A DNA stretch of 64,000 bases from Rhodospirillales bacterium (GTDB lineage Bacteria > Pseudomonadota > Alphaproteobacteria > CACIAM-22H2): the NCBI GenBank assembly GCA_016794025.1, contig JAEUKX010000094.1, positions 2,052-66,051 on the forward strand, written 5' to 3'. Positions 45,153-53,395 of this stretch are shown piece after piece. A model generated the notes under the pieces. That model made no database searches. It was not told where the DNA came from and was given only the letters and a program-made list of their open reading frames with translations. The position numbers and the translations under genes are program-made. How positions within the stretch are numbered: the stretch's first letter is position 1; every line of letters starts with the position of its first letter.

Positions 45153-48100
45153 CTAGCCGCGCCGCAGGTCAAGGGTCAGGGGAAAGTCCGGATTCGGCGC
45201 CGGTTCGCGCGGTGTCACGGGTCCGGGCGTATGACCGATGTCGAAGAAGCGCGCGCGCCGGCGCGCCTCGGCTTCGTTGGCATTGACCGGGAAGCGGTCA
45301 TAGTTGCGTCCACCCGGATGGGCCACGTGATAGGTGCAGCCGCCTGCGGAACGCCCGCTCCACGAATCGTAGAGATCGAAGACCAGCGGCGCGTGGACGC
45401 CCACGGTCGGATGCAGGGCCGAAGCGGGATTCCAGGCGCGGAACCGCACGCCCGCCACGTATTCGCCCGCCGTGCCCGTGGGGTGCAGCGGCACGCGCAC
45501 GCCGTTGCAGAGCACCTGATGCCGTCCGTCGACGAGGTTGCGCACGCGCACCTGCACGCGCTCGAGCGAGCTGTCGACATAGCGAACGGTGCCGCCGGCC
45601 CCCGGCTCCTCGCCCAGCACGTGCCAGGGTTCGAGCGCATGGCGCAGCTCGATCTCGACGCCGCGATAGGCGACCGAGCCGAGCTTGGGGAAGCGGAACT
45701 CGCAGTGCGGCTCGAACCACGGGTCCTCGAACCCGTATCCGGCATCGCGCAGAAGCTCGAGCACGTCGGCCAGGTCCTCCCGCACGAAGTGCGGCAGCAG
45801 GAACTGGTCGTGGATGCGGTTGCCCCAGCGCACGAGACGGTGCGTGTAGGGCTCCTCCCAGAAATGCGCGACGAGACTGCGCAGCAGCAGCTGCTGGACG
45901 AGGCTCATGCGCGAATGCGGCGGCATCTCGAAGGCGCGCAGTTCCACGAGCCCGCGCCGCCCGCCGGAATGGTCGGGCGAATAGAGCTTGTCGATGCAGA
46001 ACTCGGTCCGGTGCGTGTTGCCGGTCAGGTCGACCAGCACGTTGCGCAGGATGCGGTCGACGAGCCAGGGCGGAATGCCGGCCGTCTCGCGCGCGGGCAG
46101 CTTCGAGAGCGCCAGCTCCAGCTCGTGCACCTGGTCCTCGCGCGCTTCGTCCACGCGCGGATGCTGCGATGTCGGCCCGATGAACAGGCCCGAGAACAGG
46201 TAGGAAAGGCCCGGATGGTTGTGCCAGAAACGCAGCATCGAGCCGAGCAGGTCCGGCCGGCGAAGCCACGGCGAGTCGGCCGGCGTCTCCCCGCCCAGCA
46301 CGAAATGGTTGCCGCCGCCGGTGCCGACATGCCGGCCGTCGAGCATGAATTTCTCGGTCCCCAGCCGCGTCTGCCGCGCCTCGTCGTAGAGCGTCGTCGT
46401 GCGCTCGACCAGTTCGCCCCACGAGCGCGCGGGATGGACGTTCACCTCGATCACGCCGGGATCGGGCGTGACCGAGAAATTCTCGATGCGCGGATCGGAG
46501 GGCGGCGTATAGCCCTCGATCAGCACCGGCTGGCCGAGATCGGCCGCCGTATCCTCGATATGGCCGATGAGATCGAGATAATCCTCCGCCGTCGGGATCG
46601 GCGGCATGAAGACGTGAAGCAGGCCGTCGCGCGGCTCGATGCACATCGCCGTGCGCACGACCCATGCCGCGGACGATTGCGGCCTGATCGTGTTGCGCTC
46701 GCGCCGGCGCATCTCCTCGAGCATCCGCCGGTCCGGCACGGGCCTGCCGTCCGGCCCCGCCATCATTCCGGCCTGGTGTGCGAAGCCGGCCCGCGGCGCG
46801 TTGCCGGAAACGGGCATCGCCTGTTCGCGCCGGTCGCGCGGCGGCAGCGGCGGCACGGGCTCGAACGGGTCGCGTTCCCAATGATAGGGAAAGTCGGCCT
46901 GGGCTACCCACGGGATGCTATCGAGCGGCAGGCGGAAGCCCATCGGCGAATCGCCGGGGATCAGGAACATGTGCTGCGGGCGCACGAACCAGAAGCCGCT
47001 CGACCAGCGCGGCGATCCACCCTGCCAGCCGCGCTGGATCGGCAGCGCGATGCCCACCGGCTCGTCGAGGCCCTTCTCGAAGATCCGCGCCAGGCGCGCG
47101 CGCTCCTCCGGATCCTTCAGGTTCGACTTCAGCGGATCGACGTTCACCGGCAGGCGCTGCTCGCGCCACAGGTAGTACCAGGCATCCTCGTAGGCGCGGT
47201 GCGCGAACTGTTCGGGGATGCCCAGCCGCTCGCACAGCCGGTGCGCGAAGCGCTCGGCATGTTCGAAGTTCACGTTGGACTTGAGCGTGTCGTCGGCGAT
47301 GAGACCGGGGTCGCGCCAGATCGGCTCGCCGTCCTTGCGCCAGTAGCAGCCCAGCGCCCAGCGCGGCAGGCTTTCGCCCGGATACCACTTGCCCTGCCCG
47401 TAATGCAGCATTGCGCCCGGCGACCAGTGGCGCTGGAGACGCTTCAGCAGGTTTCCCGCCAGACGGCGCTTGCTGGGGCCGAGCGCGGCCGTGTTCCATT
47501 CCGCCCCGTCCATATCGTCGATCGAAACGAACGTGGGTTCGCCGCCCATCGTCAGGCGCACGTCGCCCCTTGCGAGATGCGCGTCGACGGCGTGGCCCAG
47601 ATCCTCGATCCGGCCCCACGCCTCGTCTGTGTAGGGCTTGGTCACCCGTGCGCTCTCGCGGATGCGCGTGACCTTCATCTCGTGCCCGAACGTGACCTCG
47701 CATTTCTCGAGCATTCCCTCGACCGGTGCGGCCGAGGACGGGGCGGGCGTGGCAGCAAGCGGGATGTGCCCTTCGCCCGCCAGCAGGCCCGAGGTGGGAT
47801 CGAGGCCGATCCACCCGGCGCCCGGCAGGTAGACTTCGGTCCACGCATGCAGGTCGGTGAAGTCGGCTTCCGTGCCCGAGGGACCGTCAAGCGCCTTCTG
47901 GTCGGCCACAAGCTGGATCAGGTAGCCCGACACGAAGCGGGCGGCGAAACCCAGATGCCGCAGGATCTGGACAAGCAGCCAGCCCGTGTCGCGGCACGAG
48001 CCCTTGGCGCGCGTCAGCGTCTCCTCGCAGGTCTGGACGCCCGGTTCCATGCGGATGATGTAGCCGACGTCCTTCTGCAGCCGCATGTTCAGGCCCACGA

Positions 48101-48533
48101 GGAAGTCGACGGTGCGCTGCGCGTCGCGCGGCACTTCCGCCAGCCACCGGGTCAGCATCGGGCCCGCCGGATCGGGCTTCATGAACGGGGCCAGATCGCC
48201 GAGCAGCCCGTCCTCGTACTTGAAGGGCCACGCCTCGGCATAGGGCTCGAGGAAGAAGTCGAACGGGTTCGTCACCGCCATGTCGGCGACGAGATCGACC
48301 TCGACGGTGAAATGGTCCGTGCGTTCGGGGAAGACGAGCCGGGCAAGCCAGTTGCCCTGCGGGTCCTGCTGCCAGTTGAGGAAATGGGGCTTCGGCTCGA
48401 TGTTGAGCGAATAGGAAAGGACCGGGGTTCGGGCGTGCGGCGCCGGCCGCAGGCGGACGACCTGGGGCCCGAGATTGATCAGTCGGTCGTATCGATAGGC
48501 CGTCCGGTGATGCAGTGCGACATGGAGGGTCAT
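45153..48533 (-). CDS. large transglutaminase-family protein with DUF2126 region
   Basis: 1126 aa. N-terminal MTLHVALHHRTAYRYDR..., catalytic-type GSCRDTGWL ... HAWTEVYLPGAGWIGLDPTSG. Long C-terminal region typical of DUF2126 proteins. Confidence 0.9.
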   Translation of the reverse strand: MTLHVALHHRTAYRYDRLINLGPQVVRLRPAPHARTPVLSYSLNIEPKPHFLNWQQDPQGNWLARLVFPERTDHFTVEVDLVADMAVTNPFDFFLEPYAEAWPFKYEDGLLGDLAPFMKPDPAGPMLTRWLAEVPRDAQRTVDFLVGLNMRLQKDVGYIIRMEPGVQTCEETLTRAKGSCRDTGWLLVQILRHLGFAARFVSGYLIQLVADQKALDGPSGTEADFTDLHAWTEVYLPGAGWIGLDPTSGLLAGEGHIPLAATPAPSSAAPVEGMLEKCEVTFGHEMKVTRIRESARVTKPYTDEAWGRIEDLGHAVDAHLARGDVRLTMGGEPTFVSIDDMDGAEWNTAALGPSKRRLAGNLLKRLQRHWSPGAMLHYGQGKWYPGESLPRWALGCYWRKDGEPIWRDPGLIADDTLKSNVNFEHAERFAHRLCERLGIPEQFAHRAYEDAWYYLWREQRLPVNVDPLKSNLKDPEERARLARIFEKGLDEPVGIALPIQRGWQGGSPRWSSGFWFVRPQHMFLIPGDSPMGFRLPLDSIPWVAQADFPYHWERDPFEPVPPLPPRDRREQAMPVSGNAPRAGFAHQAGMMAGPDGRPVPDRRMLEEMRRRERNTIRPQSSAAWVVRTAMCIEPRDGLLHVFMPPIPTAEDYLDLIGHIEDTAADLGQPVLIEGYTPPSDPRIENFSVTPDPGVIEVNVHPARSWGELVERTTTLYDEARQTRLGTEKFMLDGRHVGTGGGNHFVLGGETPADSPWLRRPDLLGSMLRFWHNHPGLSYLFSGLFIGPTSQHPRVDEAREDQVHELELALSKLPARETAGIPPWLVDRILRNVLVDLTGNTHRTEFCIDKLYSPDHSGGRRGLVELRAFEMPPHSRMSLVQQLLLRSLVAHFWEEPYTHRLVRWGNRIHDQFLLPHFVREDLADVLELLRDAGYGFEDPWFEPHCEFRFPKLGSVAYRGVEIELRHALEPWHVLGEEPGAGGTVRYVDSSLERVQVRVRNLVDGRHQVLCNGVRVPLHPTGTAGEYVAGVRFRAWNPASALHPTVGVHAPLVFDLYDSWSGRSAGGCTYHVAHPGGRNYDRFPVNANEAEARRRARFFDIGHTPGPVTPREPAPNPDFPLTLDLRRG

Positions 48534-48678
48534 CTTTTCGTGCCGACGCTTGCTTGAAGGAACGGGGGCCGCCGAAAGGTGCGCCCGAACGCCAGTCGTT
48601 GCAAGCTTGGCCGCCCGCCCCTCCCGGTGTCATTCGATGCACCGTGCAATGGCCGCGCCAGCCCGCTAGATTGCGGGC

Positions 48679-49893
48679 GTGGTGCCGCCAACGACGAGTC
48701 CCCCTGCGCGGCCGCCGCTGTGGTTGCTCGTCGGCATCAGCAGTTGCGGGCCCTTCGCGCTCAACGTCTTCCTGCCTTCGCTGCCGCGGCTCGCCGAAGC
48801 GTTCGACGCCGCCTATTCGACTGCCCAGCTGGCGCTCACGCTCTATCTCGTCGGCGTGGCGGCCGGGCAGCTCGTCTATGGCCCCCTTTCCGACCGGTTC
48901 GGCCGCCGACCGGTGCTGATCGTCGGGCTGACGCTGGGAATTGCCGGCAGCATCGCGTGCCTGGTTGCCCCGTCGATGGAGGCGCTGCTCGCCGGCCGGC
49001 TCGTGCAGGCTTTCGGCGCTTGTTCCGGTCTCGTGCTGGCGCGCGCCATCGTGCGCGACCTGCATGCGCGCGACCGGGCGGCGAGCGAACTCGCCTACGT
49101 GACCATGGGCATGTCGCTGATGCCGATGGTGGCCCCGTCCATCGGCGGCGCCCTTGACGAGGTGTTCGGCTGGCGCGCCAGCTTCGCGCTGATTCTGGCA
49201 TTCGTCACGATCGTCGCCGCGGCGAGCTTCGTGCGCTGCCCCGAGACCAACCAGCACCGCATCGCGTCGATCGAGCCCGTCCAGCTCGCGCGCGGCTGGA
49301 CGTCGCTTCTGGGCAGCCGCGCCTTCGTCGGCTACACGCTGGCGATGACGGCGAACACGATGGCGTTCTTCAGCTTTCTCGTCGCCGCCCCCTACCTGAC
49401 CGTGTCGGTCCTCGGCCGGCCCCCGGTCGAATACGGCTTCTGGTTCGCGGGCTGCGCGCTTGCCTATCTCGTCGGCAACTACGCCGCCGGCCGGTACTCG
49501 CAGCATCTCGGCATCGACCGGATGGCCAAGATCGGCAACTACCTGACATTTCCCGGCACGCTGTTCGCCGTGGCATGGGCGTTCCTGTTCGAGCTGAACC
49601 TGACCGCCCTCTTCGTGCCGATGTTCCTCGTCTGCCTTTGCCACGGGATCTCGCAGCCCAATCTGATCGCCGGTGCGGTCAGCGTGAACCCGCGGCTGGC
49701 CGGTTCGGCATCCGGCCTCCTGGGATGCTTCCAGATGTCGCTGGGGGCGATGACGACCTTCGTCGTCGGCCACATCCAGGACGACACGATGCTTCCCGTG
49801 ACGTTGACCGTGCTGCTCAGCTGTTCGGCGGCATGGTTCTTCCACCGCGTCGCGATACGGGCCGCGCGCACCGATTCCCGTCCCGCCGCCTAG
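48679..49893 (+). CDS. MFS transporter, Bcr/CflA-like drug-resistance subfamily
   Basis: 12-TM pattern; motif GPLSDRFGRRPVLIVG. GTG start, exact start uncertain. Confidence 0.9.
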   Translation: MVPPTTSPPARPPLWLLVGISSCGPFALNVFLPSLPRLAEAFDAAYSTAQLALTLYLVGVAAGQLVYGPLSDRFGRRPVLIVGLTLGIAGSIACLVAPSMEALLAGRLVQAFGACSGLVLARAIVRDLHARDRAASELAYVTMGMSLMPMVAPSIGGALDEVFGWRASFALILAFVTIVAAASFVRCPETNQHRIASIEPVQLARGWTSLLGSRAFVGYTLAMTANTMAFFSFLVAAPYLTVSVLGRPPVEYGFWFAGCALAYLVGNYAAGRYSQHLGIDRMAKIGNYLTFPGTLFAVAWAFLFELNLTALFVPMFLVCLCHGISQPNLIAGAVSVNPRLAGSASGLLGCFQMSLGAMTTFVVGHIQDDTMLPVTLTVLLSCSAAWFFHRVAIRAARTDSRPAA

Positions 49894-49948
49894 CGTCCCG
49901 GACCGCTTAGCAGTTGCCACGGCGCGGCGACGCGCCTACATATGCCGC

Positions 49949-50272
49949 ATGGCCGACGCCCCTGCCGACAAGCCCAAGCTCGACGAAAAGCGCAAAAACG
50001 AGCTCCAGAACGTCCTCAACCGCTGCAGCGTCATCACGGGCATTTTCGATACCCGGATGGACAACGTGAACTGCAAGGCGTTCCACGCGATCCGCGAGAT
50101 CATGGATCTCTATCTTGCGGCCGCGATCCGGCAGATCTCGGGCAACATCGATTTCATCGACGAGGGCGTGAAGCTCAAGGACGAGGAAAAGAAGAGCCTC
50201 GAGGACGTGATCACCAAGATCTTCGGCGACCTGCACCCGAAGTCGCCGGCGGGCCCCGGCTCGGCGTCCTAG
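49949..50272 (+). CDS. hypothetical helical protein (107 aa)
   Basis: Native-looking codon bias and charged helical sequence. No family recognised. Confidence 0.6.
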   Translation: MADAPADKPKLDEKRKNELQNVLNRCSVITGIFDTRMDNVNCKAFHAIREIMDLYLAAAIRQISGNIDFIDEGVKLKDEEKKSLEDVITKIFGDLHPKSPAGPGSAS

Positions 50273-50724
50273 TAGCCTGCGGCGCGCAGTTCTGTCGGCC
50301 GCAGCTTCCAGACCCGGCAGCCCGACATCCCCTGATGCTCGAATAGATAGATGGCCGGCGGTCGCGCGCCGACATTCGGGTGGTCGGCCAGCAGGTCGCT
50401 GCCCACGGCTGCGGCGCCATAGGTCTTGCCATCGGCCGTCACCTTGCCGCGCAGCTGTTCGAACTGCCCGAAGTCGCGCGCGCGACAGGCCGCCGAAGCT
50501 TTCGCGTCATACTGAGCGATCTCGTTCAGCGGCTTCTTGGTCTTGAGATAGACCGGCCGGGGAGCGGGCGCCTGCGGTACGGGGGCCGCATCAAGCGGCG
50601 TCCGGCCGACCGGATCGAATTTGGGAACGAGATGCCGGTCGTTGGTGCGCGCGACGTCCTGTGCCGCCGCGCCGACGGTGGCGGACAGCAGCGAAAGGGC
50701 AGCAAGGGCGAAGATCGCGCGCAT
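50269..50724 (-). CDS. hypothetical secreted protein (151 aa)
   Basis: Clear signal peptide MRAIFALAALSLLSATVGAAAQD and two Cys. No family recognised. Confidence 0.6.
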   Translation of the reverse strand: MRAIFALAALSLLSATVGAAAQDVARTNDRHLVPKFDPVGRTPLDAAPVPQAPAPRPVYLKTKKPLNEIAQYDAKASAACRARDFGQFEQLRGKVTADGKTYGAAAVGSDLLADHPNVGARPPAIYLFEHQGMSGCRVWKLRPTELRAAGY

Positions 50725-50812
50725 CCGGCGATCATAAGGCCTGGGGGCAAATTCGCGCCACTTGAGCCCAAGCCGCTTGGCGCGGGACGTTCCGGCAGCC
50801 TAAAGTCGCGCC

Positions 50813-51010
50813 ATGGATGCCCAATCGGTCCGTCCCGGACAGCGTTTCGTCAGTCACGAGCTCTATGCCTGGATCGTCGACGAGATCCTGCACGACGGCT
50901 ACAGCGTGCCGCACGCTCGGCTTCGCGCCCTTTATGACCCTGAAATCGTTCGGATCATCGCCTGTCCGGTGCTTCTGAACCCGGCCCGATTCAAATCTGC
51001 CGAAGCCTGA
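50813..51010 (+). CDS. hypothetical small protein (65 aa), weak call
   Basis: By hand count, about 69 percent of third positions are G/C, below what neighbouring genes appear to show. No motif recognised. Confidence 0.3.
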   Translation: MDAQSVRPGQRFVSHELYAWIVDEILHDGYSVPHARLRALYDPEIVRIIACPVLLNPARFKSAEA

Positions 51011-51097
51011 CGGTACCGCAAGAATGCCTGCGGTTTGGGCATTGACTTTGGATTTATCTAGTATTTTAATAAATTACATTTTGTATTGGTGGCAACA

Positions 51098-51553
51098 ATG
51101 TATCCGGGCGCCTATGCAGAAGCTGGGGAAGCAAGCGAGCGGCGCTATCTGGTCGCCACGCTGCTCTATGACGCCTGGCTGCCACGGGCGCTCGAAGCGC
51201 ACCTGCCCGACGCCGAGCGCAAGGCCTTCTACTGGAGCGGGATCTATGGATCGGCCCGCACGCGAATTTCGGAGGTCTGGGTCAAGGCCCGTCCGCGCGC
51301 CCGGACGATCCGCCCCGACTTCCCGCCCCGCGCCTTCCGGGCGGACATGCCACCCGAACCCGCAATCGTCGTCACGCTTCCGAGTGAGACGCTGACGCCC
51401 CGACGCGGCTTCCTCGACGCTCTGCTGCACCTCGACCGGCCGATCGACCCGGCCTATGTGAAGGCAATGGCCGATGCGTTCCTCCTGTATGTCGGATCGC
51501 AGGTCGCCATGCGCGTCCTCGAAAATCTCAAGGCCGCAGCCGCGTTCGTTTGA
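51098..51553 (+). CDS. hypothetical protein (151 aa)
   Basis: ATG 51098 directly after an AT-rich spacer containing TTGACT (51043-51048). High GC3; no family recognised. Confidence 0.5.
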   Translation: MYPGAYAEAGEASERRYLVATLLYDAWLPRALEAHLPDAERKAFYWSGIYGSARTRISEVWVKARPRARTIRPDFPPRAFRADMPPEPAIVVTLPSETLTPRRGFLDALLHLDRPIDPAYVKAMADAFLLYVGSQVAMRVLENLKAAAAFV

Positions 51554-51637
51554 CGCAGTCCAATTATTTAAAGTTGATTTTCATTTAAAATAATAAGTAC
51601 GTTCCGGCGTAGCCTGCCGGACCGAAGCCCAAGCCGC

Positions 51638-52036
51638 ATGAATCCGCGCCTGAACGCCCAGCCTGCCGTCGTCGACGCGCGCGACTTCTGCGATCCGGAT
51701 GTCGGCGCCTGGATCGCGCCCGGTCCAGTGCCATCGGTATTCGAATTCGCGCGAGCCTGCGGATCGACGGGGCTGCTGTCGCGCGAGGGCGAGCGGGCGG
51801 CGAATGTCCGGATCGTCGCGGTCCTTTATCTCGGCGGCGGCCTGTTCGACGGACCGGGTGCCGGAAGGGCCCGGTTCGGCCTGCTGCTGCGCGCGCGCCG
51901 CCGGCTGATGCCGGCTTCCTACCGCTTCGAAATCCCGCGGGCGCGGTTTCCGGCACTCGAGCAGGTGCCGATCCATGCCGTGCCGTCCACCCGCGCCCGG
52001 GAACTGGCGGCCAATCATTATTTCCTTGTCCGCTGA
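51638..52036 (+). CDS. hypothetical protein (132 aa), weak call
   Basis: High GC3 in this frame and preceded by an AT-rich spacer. Competing antisense frames are Arg-rich nonsense. Confidence 0.35.
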   Translation: MNPRLNAQPAVVDARDFCDPDVGAWIAPGPVPSVFEFARACGSTGLLSREGERAANVRIVAVLYLGGGLFDGPGAGRARFGLLLRARRRLMPASYRFEIPRARFPALEQVPIHAVPSTRARELAANHYFLVR

Positions 52037-52111
52037 ATGACATCCGGTAACACGGTGCCCGCGACAATCACCCCCGAGCGGCGGGCGGCGTGTTGCGCAC
52101 GGACCCCCCTG

Positions 52112-52127
52112 TGGTAACTTAACTGCA
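52112..52127 (+). promoter_or_regulatory. sigma-54 type -24/-12 promoter TGGTAAC-TTAA-CTGCA
   Basis: GG at 52113-52114 and GC at 52125-52126 give exact RpoN spacing. 24 nt upstream of the Rieske ATG. 15 of 19 nt identical to the element at 60459-60477. Confidence 0.5.
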
Positions 52128-52150
52128 ACAATTCTCGGGGGGTCTTCACG

Positions 52151-53395
52151 ATGGATGGAACGGGGCGCGACGCGAAGTCGGCACTCTCGCCGGCCGCGGC
52201 TGCGGTGGTGGCACGGCATGTCTCGGGCAGGTCGCTCGAGCGCGATTTCTATGTCGACGATGCGCTCTATGCGGCCGATGTCGCGCGCATCCATCACCGC
52301 CACTGGCTGTTCGTCGGATACGGATTTGAGATCGCCAACCCCGGCGACCACATGACCTACGCCGTCGCCGGCGCCGAAATCGTCGTCGTGCGCGGACAGG
52401 ATGGCAAGATCCGCGCTTTCCACAATGTCTGCCGCCATCGCGGATCGAAGGTCTGCCTGACCGAGCACGGCCACGGCAGCGTGCTCGCATGCCCCTACCA
52501 CAAATGGACCTACCGTCTCGACGGCAGCCTGATCCTCGACACCAAGAAGGAATTCGGGATCGATCGGTCCGAGCTTGGCCTGCGGCCGGTCCATCTTGTG
52601 GATGCCGGCGGCCTGCTGTTCTTCTCGCTCGCCGATAATCCGCCCGATTTCCGCGAGGCGGCGGAGACGATCGCGCGCAAGATGAAGCCGCATGCCATCG
52701 ACCGGGCGAAGATCGCGCACAAGATCGACTACGTGGTGAAATCGAACTGGAAGGTCGTCTTCCAGAACAACCGGGAATGCTATCACTGCACGCCCAACCA
52801 CAAGGAATACAACACCGCGGCCTATGACGTGATGCGCGACAATGCCGTTGTCGATCCCACGCTCCAGCCTGCGATGGACGCCATCATCGAGAAGGCGAAC
52901 CAGCGATTCGCTTCCCTGGGGCTCGACACCGGCGATGCAAGTTCGAACATGACGGGCCGCAACTGGCGCTGCCACCGGACGCCGGTCAAGGAGGGTTTCC
53001 TCACGCAGAGCATGGACGGCAAGATGGTGTCGTCCCTGATGGGCGACATCAAGGAACCCGACAGCGGCACGCTGCGCACGACAGTCTTCCCGAACTTCTG
53101 GCAGCACACGAACTGCGATTTCGCGGCTGCGGCACGCCTGACGCCGATGGGCCCGGGCGAAACGCACGTGCGCGGCTACTGGCTCGTCGATGCCAAGGCC
53201 GTCGAAGGCAAGGACTATACGCTCGAGAAGCTCCTGCCGATCTGGGACATCACGAACCGGCAGGACTGGAAGATCTGCGAGGATCAGCAGGCCGGCGTGA
53301 GCTCGCCCGGCTACGTGCCGGGCCCCTACTCCACCCTGCGCGAGCGCAATGTGACCCATTTCGACGACTGGTACATCGGAGAGCTGCGTGGCTGA
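52151..53395 (+). CDS. Rieske [2Fe-2S] non-haem iron oxygenase alpha subunit (GbcA/Stc2/CntA-like N-methyl-attacking type)
   Basis: Rieske motif CRHRG...CPYHKW; mononuclear iron motif NNRECYHCTPNH. 414 aa. Confidence 0.9.
   Translation: MDGTGRDAKSALSPAAAAVVARHVSGRSLERDFYVDDALYAADVARIHHRHWLFVGYGFEIANPGDHMTYAVAGAEIVVVRGQDGKIRAFHNVCRHRGSKVCLTEHGHGSVLACPYHKWTYRLDGSLILDTKKEFGIDRSELGLRPVHLVDAGGLLFFSLADNPPDFREAAETIARKMKPHAIDRAKIAHKIDYVVKSNWKVVFQNNRECYHCTPNHKEYNTAAYDVMRDNAVVDPTLQPAMDAIIEKANQRFASLGLDTGDASSNMTGRNWRCHRTPVKEGFLTQSMDGKMVSSLMGDIKEPDSGTLRTTVFPNFWQHTNCDFAAAARLTPMGPGETHVRGYWLVDAKAVEGKDYTLEKLLPIWDITNRQDWKICEDQQAGVSSPGYVPGPYSTLRERNVTHFDDWYIGELRG

Noticed and set aside
45072-48557. 1161-aa plus-strand ORF
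   Set aside because: It is antisense to the well-supported DUF2126/transglutaminase gene, and its composition is Arg/Ala-rich. Shadow frame.
48534-48678. Sigma-54 promoter near TTGCAAGCTTGGC upstream of the DUF2126 operon or the MFS gene
   Set aside because: The GG and GC elements are not at the required 10-nt spacing on either strand.
51043-51072. Sigma-70 promoter in front of the 151-aa hypothetical gene
   Set aside because: TTGACT is a good -35 element. No convincing -10 hexamer lies at 16-18 nt spacing; the candidates are TTAATA and TAATAA. Mentioned in a finding but not listed as a feature.
51024-51395. 123-aa ORF starting in the AT-rich spacer with a hydrophobic N-terminus
   Set aside because: After about 30 residues it becomes an Arg/Pro/Ser-rich shadow of the better-supported frame 51098..51553.
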